Assembly: GCA_002269645.1 (NCBI GenBank)
Contig: NIVC01003564.1
Location: 27,033 to 91,032 of the forward strand
DNA: 64,000 nt
DNA from: Macrostomum lignano
Lineage: Eukaryota
Direction of reading: 5' to 3'
A model generated the notes under the pieces. The model did no database searches. It saw nothing but the letters and a program-made list of their open reading frames with translations, and had not been told where the DNA came from. This document shows positions 1 to 12,055 of this stretch, in pieces. The translations under genes and the position numbers were made by a program. Every line of letters starts with the position of its first letter. The stretch's first letter is position 1.

Positions 1-3000
1 CCGTGGCTGTCACAGCAGGTTGGCTGCCTGTAGAGCGCAGTGAGCGGAGAGTGGCAGTGTGGCGAGTGAACACGATGGGTTGGTTTGCAACTGCTTGAAT
101 GTGTTGGTTGAGTTCGTGTGTCAGTGCTACTACTGCAATCAGTGAATGAAGCAAAGTATTCGTTGAAATGCATGCAGGCGCACCGCTATGGAGTTGATGA
201 TGGGCGGATAAAGAGAAAATTATTTTAAGGGGAAAGAGAAAGCAAGGTATAAAATAAACCGATAATTGATTTTGGCTGGCGATAAAGAAAACGAAGTTAG
301 GGCTGTCGCAGCCCATAATTCAGCTTTTATATTTTCTAACATAAACATAGGTGAAAAGGTTGGGGGGTTGGCGGAGATATATATTGAGTACATTGTGCGT
401 ACAGTGAAAATAGAGAAAATAACTTTTGGATGAAATAGGCGGCTAGCCTAGGCCAACTCATTTTTTCGACACAAGGCATTGCTTAATAATTGTTTCATAA
501 CCTCTGAGGTGGTGAGGCAGGGCAATTGCTGGGACTTGAGTTGACTGCGAAAAATCTTTATTCAAAGCAAAATGAATGCTAAAAGGTATTTCAGCCAGGT
601 CTCAAACATAGGTTGAACTTGTGAGCTCTGGAGTTGAGCTATCGAATAAAAAATTCAGCAAAGTTGACGGGGGCTTGGATTGGGGATTGCGGCATTGTGA
701 TGATGAGCGCAGCGTCACTGACCTGCTCCGACTGCCACTTGTGCGTGGCCCTCCTTGACCTTGAGCGGAGTGTCGTAGCCGCAGGAACCTTTTCTGTCGC
801 AGCCACCTTCCAGATGGAACATTTGCCCAGCAACCAGCACAGTCCAGTCAATGTCGGAGTCTGCAGCTGTCCTGCCGTTGACTTGCACCAGACTGTTGGC
901 CCAGCCTTCTGCGTAGCTGCCGGTCATTTGCCTGTCATCCTGTGTGAGGACTCGAGCGACTTCTTGCAGCCAGTCAGCCAGGTCTTGCTGACACTCTGCT
1001 CTCTGCTGGGTGAATCCCGCATCGCTGAGCAGTTGATGCAGCTTTTTGTCAGAGAGTCTGGAAGGATAGCGTGGTGGGTGGGAGAGGTTAGAGCGCATAT
1101 TTGCAGAGTAGGAGGCCAAGGAGAGTGAGACTCACATTGAGCGGCTTTGAGCGGTTGTGTGGGTCTGCTTTCGCTTTCTGGAATGTGTGAATGAAAGCGA
1201 GGTGAGGAAGTGAAGTGATAGGAAGTGGAATGGCAATTAATGGGAACTGACTCGGTGGGATTCAGCAGGCGAAGCACCTGCTGCTGGTGGAATCTCTGTG
1301 CGAGTTGCGCACAGGTGAGGCCGTGATTGTCTCGATGGTTGGCATCGGCTCCTCTGTCTATCAGAGCCTTGGCTGCTCGCACGTGACCGGCTTCACACGC
1401 TCGTGACAGAGCAGTCCGACCCTGACTGTCTTCAGCGAGCACTGACGCACCGAGATCGATGAGTTTTCGAATGAGCTCGTGATGACCTGCATCAGCTGCC
1501 AGCATGAGAGCAGTGGCTCCAGTGCTGTCTGGCAGATCGACAAGCTGTGTGCTGACTCGCTCATCATTGATCAGCGTAACAGCAAGAGCGATGTGTCTTT
1601 GAGTGATAGAGAGACGAAGCAGCGGTGTGATGTGAGCTGGCTGCATTCGATAGAGGGTGTCTGTGAGAACAGAGTTCCTGCCTTCGATGGCCATTGCTGC
1701 AGTGAAGCTGAGGATGGTGCTGTATTGGAGGAGCCAGTCGGGCTCGAGGCCGAGGGAGGCAACGGCAGGCTCATCAAGACGAGAGCAAGCTTTGAGTACG
1801 CATTGGAAGCGGAGATTTTCTCTCTGATGGGGACTAGAGAGACACGAGATAAGGAACTGGGCGATTTGAAAGTTACTATTGATTGCAGCATTTGCGGCAG
1901 CATTGATGCAGCAGGCGTCTTTTTTTGATTGGTCATTGATTAGAGGTACGAGGAACTCGACGATTTTAAAGTGACCTTGGAATGCAGCCTTTTCGGCAGC
2001 GTAGATGCAGCAGGCGTCTTTTTTTGATTGGTCATTGATTAGTGGTACGAGGAACTCGACGATTTGAAAGTGACCATATATTGCAGCCTTTTTGGCAGCC
2101 TTGATGCAGCAGGCGTCGTTATTTGATTGGTCATTGATTAGTGGTACGAGGAACTCGACGGCTTTAAAGTGACCCTTGATTGCAGCCCATTTGGCAGCCT
2201 TGATGCAGCAAGCGTCTTTTTTTGATTCGTCATTGATTAGTGGTACGAGGAACTCGACGATTTGAAAGTGACCCTTGATTGCAGCATTTTCGGCAGCCTT
2301 GATGCAGCAAGCGTCTTTATTTGATTGGTCATTGATTAGTGGTACGAGGAACTCGACGGCTTGAAAGAGACCAAGGATTGCAGCCCATTCGGCAGCCTTG
2401 ATGCAGCAAGCGTCTTTATTTGATTGATCATTGATTAGTGGTACGAGTAGCTTGACGATTTGAAAGTGACCATTCATTGCAGCCTTTTCGGCAGCCTTGA
2501 TGCAGCAAGCGTCTTTATTTGATTGGTCATTGATTAGTGGTACGAGGAACTCGACGATTTTAAAGTGACCCTTGATTGCAGCATTTTCGGCAGCCTTGAT
2601 GCAGCAGGCGTCTTTATTTGACTGGTCATTGATTAGTGGTACGAGGAACTCGACGATTTGAAAGTGACCATTCATTGCAGCCTTTTTGGCAGCCTTGATG
2701 CAGCAAGCGTCTTTATTTGATTGATCATTGATTAGTGGTACGAGGAACTCGACGGCTTTAAAGTGACCCTTGATTGCAGCCCATTTGGCAGCCTTGATGC
2801 AGCAAGCGTCTTTTTTTGATTCGTCATTGATTAGTGGTACGAGGAACTCGACGATTTGAAAGTGACCCTTGATTGCAGCATTTTCGGCAGCCTTGATGCA
2901 GCAAGCGTCTTTATTTGATTGGTCATTGATTAGTGGTACGAGGAACTCGACGATTTTAAAGTGACCCTTGATTGCAGCATTTTCGGCAGCCTTGATGCAG

Positions 3001-6000
3001 CAGGCGTCTTTATTTGACTGGTCATTGATTAGTGGTACGAGGAACTCGACGATTTGAAAGTGACCATTCATTGCAGCCTTTTCGGCAGCCTTGATGCAGC
3101 AAGCGTCTTTATTTGATTGGTCATTGATTAGTGGTACGAGGAACTCGACGGCTTTAAAGTGACCTTGGAATGCAGCCTTTTCGGCAGCGTAGATGCAGCA
3201 GGCGTCTTTTTTTGATTGGTCATTGATTAGTGGTACGAGGAACTCGACGGCTTGAAAGTGACCAAGGATTGCAGCATTTTCTGCAGCCTTGATGCAGCAA
3301 GCGTCTTTATTTGATTGATCATTGATTAGTGGTACGAGGAACTCGACGATTTTAAAGTGACCTTGGAATGCAGCCTTTTCGGCAGCGTAGATGCAGCAGG
3401 CGTCTTTTTTTGATTGGTCATTGATTAGTGGTACGAGGAACTCGACGATTTGAAAGTGACCCTTGATTGCAGCATTTTTGGCAGCCCTGATGCAGCAGGC
3501 GTCGTTATTTGATTGGTCATTGATTAGTGGTACGAGGAACTCGACGGCTTGAAAGTGACCAAGGATTGCAGCATTTTCTGCAGCCTTGATGCAGCAAGCG
3601 TCTTTATTTGATTGATCATTGATTAGTGGTACGAGGAACTCGACGATTTGAAAGTGACCATTCATTGCAGCCTTTTTGGCAGCCCTGATGCAGCAGGCGT
3701 CGTTATTTGATTGGTCATTGATTAGTGGTACGAGGAACTCGACGGCTTTAAAGTGACCCTTGATTGCAGCATTTTCGGCAGCCTTGATGCAGCAAGCGTC
3801 TTTATTTGATTGGTCATTGATTAGTGGTACGAGGAACTCGACGATTTTAAAGTGACCCTTGATTGCAGCATTTTCGGCAGCCTTGATGCAGCAGGCGTCT
3901 TTATTTGACTGGTCATTGATTAGTGGTACGAGGAACTCGACGATTTGAAAGTGACCATTCATTGCAGCCTTTTTGGCAGCCTTGATGCAGCAAGGGTCTT
4001 TATTTGATTGGTCATTGATTAGTGGTACGAGGAACTCGACGGCTTTAAAGTGACCCTTGATTGCAGCCCATTTGGCAGCCTTGATGCAGCAAGCGTCTTT
4101 TTTTGATTCGTCATTGATTAGTGGTACGAGGAACTCGACGATTTGAAAGTGACCCTCCATTGCAGCATTTTCGGCAGCCTTGATGCAGCAAGCGTCTTTA
4201 TTTGATTGGTCATTGATTAGTGGTACGAGGAACTCGACGGCTTGAAAGAGACCAAGGATTGCAGCCCATTCGGCAGCCTTGATGCAGCAAGCGTCTTTAT
4301 TTGATTGATCATTGATTAGTGGTACGAGTAGCTTGACGATTTGAAAGTGACCATTCATTGCAGCCTTTTCGGCAGCCTTGATGCAGCAAGCGTCTTTATT
4401 TGACTGGTCATTGATTAGTTGTACGAGGAACTCGACGATTTTAAAGTGACCATTCATTGCAGCCTTTTCGGCAGCCTTGATGCAGCAGGCGTCTATATTT
4501 GATTGGTCATTGATTAGTGGTACGAGGAACTCGACGATTTGAAAGTGACCATATATTGCAGCCTTTTTAGCAGGCTTGATGCAGCAGGCGTCTTTATTTG
4601 ATTGGTCATTGATTAGTGGTACGAGGAACTCGACGATTTTAAAGTGACCCTTGATTGCAGCATTTTCGGCAGCCTTGATGCAGCAGGCGTCTTTATTTGA
4701 CTGGTCATTGATTAGTGGTACGAGGAACTCGACGATTTGAAAGTGACCATTCATTGCAGCCTTTTTGGCAGCCTTGATGCAGCAAGGGTCTTTATTTGAT
4801 TGGTCATTGATTAGTGGTACGAGGAACTCGACGGCTTTAAAGTGACCCTTGATTGCAGCCCATTTGGCAGCCTTGATGCAGCAAGCGTCTTTTTTGATTC
4901 GTCATTGATTAGTGGTACGAGGAACTCGACGATTTGAAAGTGACCCTCCATTGCAGCATTTTCGGCAGCCTTGATGCAGCAAGCGTCTTTATTTGATTGG
5001 TCATTGATTAGTGGTACGAGGAACTCGACGGCTTGAAAGAGACCAAGGATTGCAGCCCATTCGGCAGCCTTGATGCAGCAAGCGTCTTTATTTGATTGAT
5101 CATTGATTAGTGGTACGAGTAGCTTGACGATTTGAAAGTGACCATTCATTGCAGCCTTTTCGGCAGCCTTGATGCAGCAAGCGTCTTTATTTGACTGGTC
5201 ATTGATTAGTTGTACGAGGAACTCGACGATTTTAAAGTGACCATTCATTGCAGCCTTTTCGGCAGCCTTGATGCAGCAGGCGTCTATATTTGATTGGTCA
5301 TTGATTAGTGGTACGAGGAACTCGACGATTTGAAAGTGACCATATATTGCAGCCTTTTTAGCAGGCTTGATGCAGCAGGCGTCTTTATTTGACTGGTCAT
5401 TAATTAGTTGTACGAGGAACTCGACGATTTTAAAGTGACCCTTGATTGCAGCATTTTCGGCAGCCTTGATGCAGCAAGCGTCTTTATTTGATTGGTCATT
5501 GATTAGTGGTACGAGGAACTCGACGATTTTAAAGTGACCCTTGATTGCAGCATTTTCGGCAGCCTTGATGCAGCAGGCGTCTTTATAGGACTGGTCATTG
5601 ATTAGTGGTACGAGGAACTCGATGATTTTAAAGTGACCCTTGATTGCAGCATTTTCGGCAGCCTTGATGCAGCAGGCGTCTTTATTTGACTGGTCATTGA
5701 TTAGTGGTACGAGGAACTCGACAATTTTAAAGTGACCCTTGATTGCAGCATTTTTGGAAGCATTGATGCAGAATGCGTCTTTTTTTGGTTGAACATTGAT
5801 TAGTGGTACGAGGAACTCGACGGCTTGAAAGTGACCAAGGATTGCAGCACTTTCGGCAGCCTTGATGCAGCAGGCGTCTTTATTTGATTGATCATTGATT
5901 AGTGGTACGAGGAACTCGACGACTTTAAAGTGACCATTCATTGCAGCCTTTTCGGCAGCCTTGATGCAGCAGGCGTCTTTATTTGATTGGTCATTGATTA

Positions 6001-9000
6001 GTAGTACGAGGAACTCGACGATTTGAAAGTGACCATTTTTTGCAGCCTTTTTAGCAGGCTTGATGTAGCAGGCGTCTTTATTTGACTGGTCATTGATTAG
6101 TTGTACGAGGAACTCGACGATTTTAAAGTGACCCTTGATTGCAGCATTTTCGGCAGCCTTGATGCAGCAGGCGTCTTTTTTTGATTGGTCATTGATAAGT
6201 GGTACGAGGAACTCGACGGCTTGAAAGTGACCAAGGATTGCAGCATTTTCTGCAGCCTTGATGCAGCAAGCGTCTTTATTTGATTGGTCATTGATTAGTG
6301 GTACGAGGAACTGGACGATTTGAAAGTGACCATATTTTGCAGCCTTTTCAGCAGCGTTGGTGTAGCAAGCCTCTTTATTTGATTGGTAATTGATTAGTGG
6401 TAGGAGGAACTCGACGATTTTAAAGTGACCATATTTTGCAGCATTTTCGGCAGCCTTGATGCAGCAAGCGTCTTTATTTGATTGGTCATTGATTAGTGGT
6501 ACGAGGAACTCGACGATTTTAAAGTGACCCTTGATTGCAGCATTTTCGGCAGCCTTGATGCAGCAGGCGTCTTTATTTGACTGGTCATTGATTAGTGGTA
6601 CGAGGAACTCGATGATTTTAAAGTGACCCTTGATTGCAGCATTTTCGGCAGCCTTGATGCAGCAGGCGTCTTTATTTGACTGGTCATTGATTAGTGGTAC
6701 GAGGAACTCGACAATTTTAAAGTGACCCTTGATTGCAGCATTTTTGGAAGCATTGATACAGAATGCGTCTTTTTTTGGTTGATCATTGATTAGTGGTACG
6801 AGGAACTCGACGGCTTGAAAGTGACCAAGGATTGCAGCACTTTCGGCAGCCTTGATGCAGCAGGCGTCTTTATTTGATTGATCATTGATTAGTGGTACGA
6901 GGAACTCGACGACTTTAAAGTGACCATTCATTGCAGCCTTTTCGGCAGCCTTGATGCAGCAGGCGTCTTTATTTGATTGGTCATTGATTAGTAGTACGAG
7001 GAACTCGACGATTTGAAAGTGACCATTTTTTGCAGCCTTTTTAGCAGGCTTGATGTAGCAGGCGTCTTTATTTGACTGGTCATTGATTAGTTGTACGAGG
7101 AACTCGACGATTTTAAAGTGACCCTTGATTGCAGCATTTTCGGCAGCCTTGATGGAGCAGGCGTCTTTTTTTGATTGGTCATTGATAAGTGGTACGAGGA
7201 ACTCGACGGCTTGAAAGTGACCAAGGATTGCAGCATTTTCTGCAGCCTTGATGCAGCAAGCGTCTTTATTTGATTGGTCATTGATTAGTGGTACGAGGAA
7301 CTGGACGATTTGAAAGTGACCATATTTTGCAGCCTTTTCAGCAGCGTTGGTGTAGCAAGCCTCTTTATTTGATTGGTAATTGATTAGTGGTAGGAGGAAC
7401 TCGACGATTTTAAAGTGACCATATTTTGCAGCATTTTCGGCAGCCTTGATGCAGCAAGCGTCTTTATTTGATTGGTCATTGATTAGTGGTACGAGGAACT
7501 CGACGATTTTAAAGTGACCCTTGATTGCAGCATTTTCGGCAGCCTTGATGCAGCAGGCGTCTTTATGTGACTGGTCATTGATTAGTGGTACGAGGAACTC
7601 GATGATTTTAAAGTGACCCTTGATTGCAGCATTTTCGGCAGCCTTGATGCAGCAGGCGTCTTTATTTGACTGGTCATTGATTAGTGGTACGAGGAACTCG
7701 ACAATTTTAAAGTGACCCTTGATTGCAGCATTTTTGGAAGCATTGATACAGAATGCGTCTTTTTTTGGTTGATCATTGATTAGTGGTACGAGGAACTCGA
7801 CGGCTTGAAAGTGACCAAGGATTGCAGCACTTTCGGCAGCCTTGATGCAGCAGGCGTCTTTATTTGATTGATCATTGATTAGTGGTACGAGGAACTCGAC
7901 GACTTTAAAGTGACCATTCATTGCAGCCTTTTCGGCAGCCTTGATGCAGCAGGCGTCTTTATTTGATTGGTCATTGATTAGTAGTACGAGGAACTCGACG
8001 ATTTGAAAGTGACCATTTTTTGCAGCCTTTTTAGCAGGCTTGATGTAGCAGGCGTCTTTATTTGACTGGTCATTGATTAGTTGTACGAGGAACTCGACGA
8101 TTTTAAAGTGACCCTTGATTGCAGCATTTTCGGCAGCCTTGATGCAGCAGGCGTCTTTTTTTGATTGGTCATTGATAAGTGGTACGAGGAACTCGACGGC
8201 TTGAAAGTGACCAAGGATTGCAGCATTTTCTGCAGCCTTGATGCAGCAAGCGTCTTTATTTGATTGGTCATTGATTAGTGGTACGAGGAACTGGACGATT
8301 TGAAAGTGACCATATTTTGCAGCCTTTTCAGCAGCGTTGGTGTAGCAAGCCTCTTTATTTGATTGGTAATTGATTAGTGGTAGGAGGAACTCGACGATTT
8401 TAAAGTGACCATATTTTGCAGCATTTTCGGCAGCCTTGATGCAGTAGGCGTCTTTATTTAATTGGTCATTGATTAGTGGTACGAGGAACTCGAGGATTTC
8501 AAAATGACCATTCATTGCAGCAATTTCAGCAGCCCAGATGCAGCAGGCGTATTTTTTTGATTGGTCTTTGATTAGTGGCACGAGGAACTCGAAGATTTGG
8601 AAGTGACCATATTTTGCAGCCTTTTTAGCAGACTTGATGCAGCAGGCGTCTTTATTTGACTGGTCATTGATTAGTGGTACGAGGAACTCGACGATTTGAA
8701 AGTGACCCTTGATTGCAGCATTTTCGGCAGCCTTGATGCAGCAAGCGTCTTTTTTTGATTGGTCATTGATTAGTGGTACGAAAAACTCTACAATTTGAAA
8801 GTGACCATGAATTGCAGCCCTTTTTGCAGCCCAGATAAAGAAGGCATCTTTATCTGATAGGTCATTGATTAGTGGTACGAGAAGCTGGACGTCTTCAAAG
8901 CGATTATGAGATGCCGCACTTAGAGTAGCTCGGACGATCTCGTAGAAGTTGCCATGGGTTGCAGCAGTTGGCGTGTTGTTCTCGGTGGTGACAGGCTGAT

Positions 9001-9022
9001 GGCGGCTTTGATTTTGGTCCAT
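1..9022 (-). CDS. Ankyrin-repeat-array / cGAS-like (Mab-21, cGLR) nucleotidyltransferase, copy 1 (70 repeat units; 3' end off the left edge of the window)
   Basis: Exon model: 9022-1252 (one 1-bp deletion in the T-run at 4890-4895 joins ORFs 4811-9022 and 924-4754), 1177-1136 (42-nt micro-exon), 1057-723, then 27 onward off-window. Donors are GTCAGT/GTGAGT/GTCAGT, all acceptors are CAG, and phases are 2,2,1. Exon 3 encodes GSYAEG...DSDIDW (NTase motif). Three canonical ankyrins (TGATALMLAADAGH, GRTALSRACEAGH, GLTCAQLA) precede it. Positions 1-27 match the start of copy-2 exon 4. Confidence 0.85.
1920..8848 (-). repeat. Coding tandem array of 70 x 99-nt (33-aa) ankyrin-like units
   Basis: Consensus DACCIKAAENAAIKGHFKIVEFLVPLINDQSNK. 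Span is 6929 nt = 70x99 - 1. There is a 990-nt higher-order period (matching shadow ORFs at 6097, 7087, 8077) and a 792-nt period near 4.0-5.4 kb. Confidence 0.95.
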
Positions 9023-10764
9023 AGTTCTGGTGAGGGGTGTTAAGGTTAAAAAGCGGTGTTTAGTGGAAGGGAAGTGAGAGGGAGAAAGAACAAGAATGCG
9101 GGCAGGGAGGGAGAAAGATAGGAGGGAGAGAGAAGAAGAGGAGGAAGTGGGAAGGTGGGAGGAAGGTAGAAGGAGGGGAGGGAGGGAGAAGAAAGAGAGG
9201 GAGAGAGAGGGAGAAGGAGTGGACCGAAGGAGACAGAGGGGAGAGATTTAAGAAAGGGAGGGAGAGAGATAAAGAAGAAGGAGGGGAGGGAGGGAGAATG
9301 AGGGGAGGCGGAAGGAGTGTCACAGCCCTGATCACAGTAGTCAGGTCCCAGCAGAGAGTGAGTAAATCCGGAACAAAAGCCAGGCGGGAAGCAGACAGGA
9401 GGCTCTGCAGCAAGCAAACACGGTACTGTTCATACGCTCGTACGTTGCTTTGCAGTCTTAAAAATAACTTTAATCCTCTAAAAAAAAGACGGATCGTCTG
9501 TTTGGCCAAAGGCCAAAACGCCACGACCAAAAAAACATGCACTCTCTCTGGAGCAAGAGAGCGTAACTTTATATTTGAGCATCTATACCCGCACCCACAT
9601 AAAAAGGGGGTGGGTGCCGTTCACACTCAAAACAGGGGTTGGGGCTGACCAAAATACGGTAAAATCAAAATAACCAAAAATAAAAAGTAAATAAAAATCT
9701 TAGCTTGAAAACATGCGCAGAAATAACCTCTGTAATAGACAGGAGTAAACAGAAGAGAAGTTTACTTGCCAACGCACCAATAAGTATTCTTGACTGCGCA
9801 TTGGCAGGAAATCCGGGTGAAAAGGCAAATTGGATAACGGACCCTCTGCCCATAGAATTATAGATATTAACCTGGAAGGGAAGGCTTTTCTAAGCGCGAA
9901 TTTTTCGGGTGCCGGACCAGGTCGACTGCATAAAAGCGTTTTTCGTATTCTCTCCAATTTAACAAAGACGGGGGACTGTGGGGGACTATTAAAGAGTTTT
10001 CCCACAGTGGGCGCAGCTCATATCAAATGGGAAATCTATGAGAAGTGCTTGTTTAATGTACAAAGACCTATGTTTTTATACTCTCATTTAGCGGATTGAA
10101 ATATGCTGTATGATTTAATTCACTTTATGGACTGTTAGGGAATAGGGATGAAATGCATAGGGATCATTTTGACACGGGTTTCAACGTATGGTGCCCTTCA
10201 GCCCTTTTTTAGCTTTGCAAAAGAACACTGCTCAAGTGTACAGTCAGCCCTCATTTGCTTGAAAGTATAAAAGACCGCTTGTTCAAGGATGTGATTGAAG
10301 AGTTGCAAACATGGGCAACAAATGTGCTGCAATCAACTGTCGTTGTGGCTACTTTCGAAAAAATCACAGAAAACTCTGAAATTTTGATTTGATTTTTTTA
10401 GTTTCCCCTACACGATCCACTGCTTCTCCTTGGATCGCTGCGAGCCTGCGACGCATTCGGAGAGAAAATGACAGCCAGACAAACAATCCAGATTGTGCTC
10501 CTTGCACTTCAAGAACGATGGCTGACTTCATCGTCACGTCCCACGGCACCAATCCTCGTCGCAGGTGCAAGAGAGATAGTGAAGTGCTGTGTTAAACTTC
10601 GACTAAAAAGAGACGCAGTTCTGACTGTCTTTTCTCCACTAGAAGGACAATTTTTATGGTATCGGCACCACGTGTATGGAACTTAAGAAAAAAAATGAAA
10701 GAGAGGGAAGAGGGAGCAGAAGGGGAGGGAGAGAGGAGGGGAGGGAGAGGGAGGGAGCAGGAGG

Positions 10765-11003
10765 GAGGCAACAACATGTTCATGAATACGAGAGCAAGCC
10801 GCGACTGCGTATTGGAAACGGAGATTCGCTTTCCGATCCGCCCTTGAGAGACGCGAGATGAGGAACTTGACGACTTCCCACTAACCATTTTTGCAGCAGA
10901 TTCGGCAGCGTCGATGCAGCAGCGATCTCTGTTTGGTCAGCGACTTGTGGGACGACAAACTTGACGACTCCCCACGGACCGTGCAACGCAGCCAGTCGAG
11001 CAG
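10765..11003 (-). pseudogene. Decayed third paralog fragment of the ANK-cGLR gene
   Basis: Stitched across two frameshifts and a TAG, it reads ARLAALHGPWGVVKFVVPQVADQ-NRDRCCIDAAESAAK-G*WEVVKFLISRLSRADRKANLRFQYAVAACSRIHEHVVASL. This aligns with the intact FQIVQFLISCLSSSHQRENLRFQCVLKACSRLREDAVASL. Confidence 0.75.
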
Positions 11004-11170
11004 ATGTATTGTGGCATGTGCAGGTGTATTGGGATATGTGCATGTGTATTGTGGTATGTACAGGTGTATAGAGGTATGTACAGGTGTATTGGGGTATGTA
11101 TAGGTGTATTGGGGTATTGCAGGTGTATTGGAGTATGTGCAGGTGTATTGGAGTATGTGCAGGTGTATTG
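11004..11170. repeat. 20-nt minisatellite (GTGCAGGTGTATTGGGGCAT-like), array 1
   Basis: About 8 imperfect copies with a 20-nt period. Confidence 0.9.
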
Positions 11171-11174
11171 TGCA

Positions 11175-12055
11175 AAGCGCTGGGTCCGGACGAGGTGCCC
11201 ATCAAGGCGGTGCACATCCACTGTGTGGTCAGTGAGGTCGCCGGAGTGATGAACCACGTGCTGTTCGGTTAGGAGGCACCCAACGAATCGACCACGGCGC
11301 ACATCTTCGCAGTTCCTAAAAGCCGGGCACCACGAGACTTGAGGAGCATCGAGGCATCTGCCTTCAGTCCTGCGCTGCGAAGTTGTTCAACCGGATGCTG
11401 TTATTGCGGTTGCAGCCGGTGCTGGATCTGTACCTGCGTCCTGGGCAGAACGGCTTCCGACCCCATTGCAGCACAGTGACGCTGACCCTGGCTCTTCGGT
11501 GAGTCATCGAGGAGGCCCGGACCCGCCAAGTCTGCTGTTCCAACACCGGACGGACGGTCTATCGGACTTCTTGAGACATCCTCCGGGGTGCTTCAGGCAA
11601 ATACGCTTGCGCCGTTCGTGTTCGTTCTGGTGCTTGACTGGGTGATGCGGACCGCTCTTCCTACCAACGACGACGGCTTTCTGTTGCAGCGACACGTGGA
11701 TCGACGTCAACTGGAGAGGCGGTTCAGCGTGCTTGGCTACGCCGACGATTTCGTCATTTTGTCCTTAACTGTCGAGGGCACCCATCGACAACCGGAAAAG
11801 CTAGTCGGCCTGGTGGTCAACACGCAGAAGACCGTTGTGCTCAGCGTTTCGGACGACATCGAGGCTACGATTTTTTACCAAGCCTCTGATGGACAGGCGA
11901 CAGCTAGCTTCCACGGTGTCAGCTGTTCTTCTACATCGGTGGTCTTGTTCCCGGTGTCAGCGGGGATTTACGGTGTTGCCGCGGGCTTGCCTGGGCTGCC
12001 TTTCGTTCTGTGAGGGCAGTCCTGCATACCGAGGCCCTACCTGACCGCCAGAGGC
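11175..12055 (+). mobile_element. Degenerate non-LTR retrotransposon reverse-transcriptase fragment
   Basis: Translations give ALGPDEVP, CAAKLFNRMLLLRL...GQNGFRP, GVLQANTLAPFVFVLVLD, LGYADDF and FFYIGG...AWAAFRSV, with stops and frameshifts; part of the RT core appears deleted. Confidence 0.8.

Noticed and set aside
634-1928. Plus-strand ORFs (164 aa, 149 aa) conserved at equivalent positions in copy 2 (21740-22045, 22552-23001)
   Set aside because: Antisense shadows of the cGLR exons; conservation follows from the duplication and they have no independent motifs.
1920-8848. True TALE homology
   Set aside because: The unit has the ankyrin AAxxGH.xIVxFL signature and no LTPxQVVAIAS-type similarity; kept only as an analogy.
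9583-9620. GCACCCAC/GTGGGTGC hairpin as a Helitron 3' end or terminator
   Set aside because: No CTRR end at the expected distance and no matching 5' end; bacterial terminators are not relevant here.
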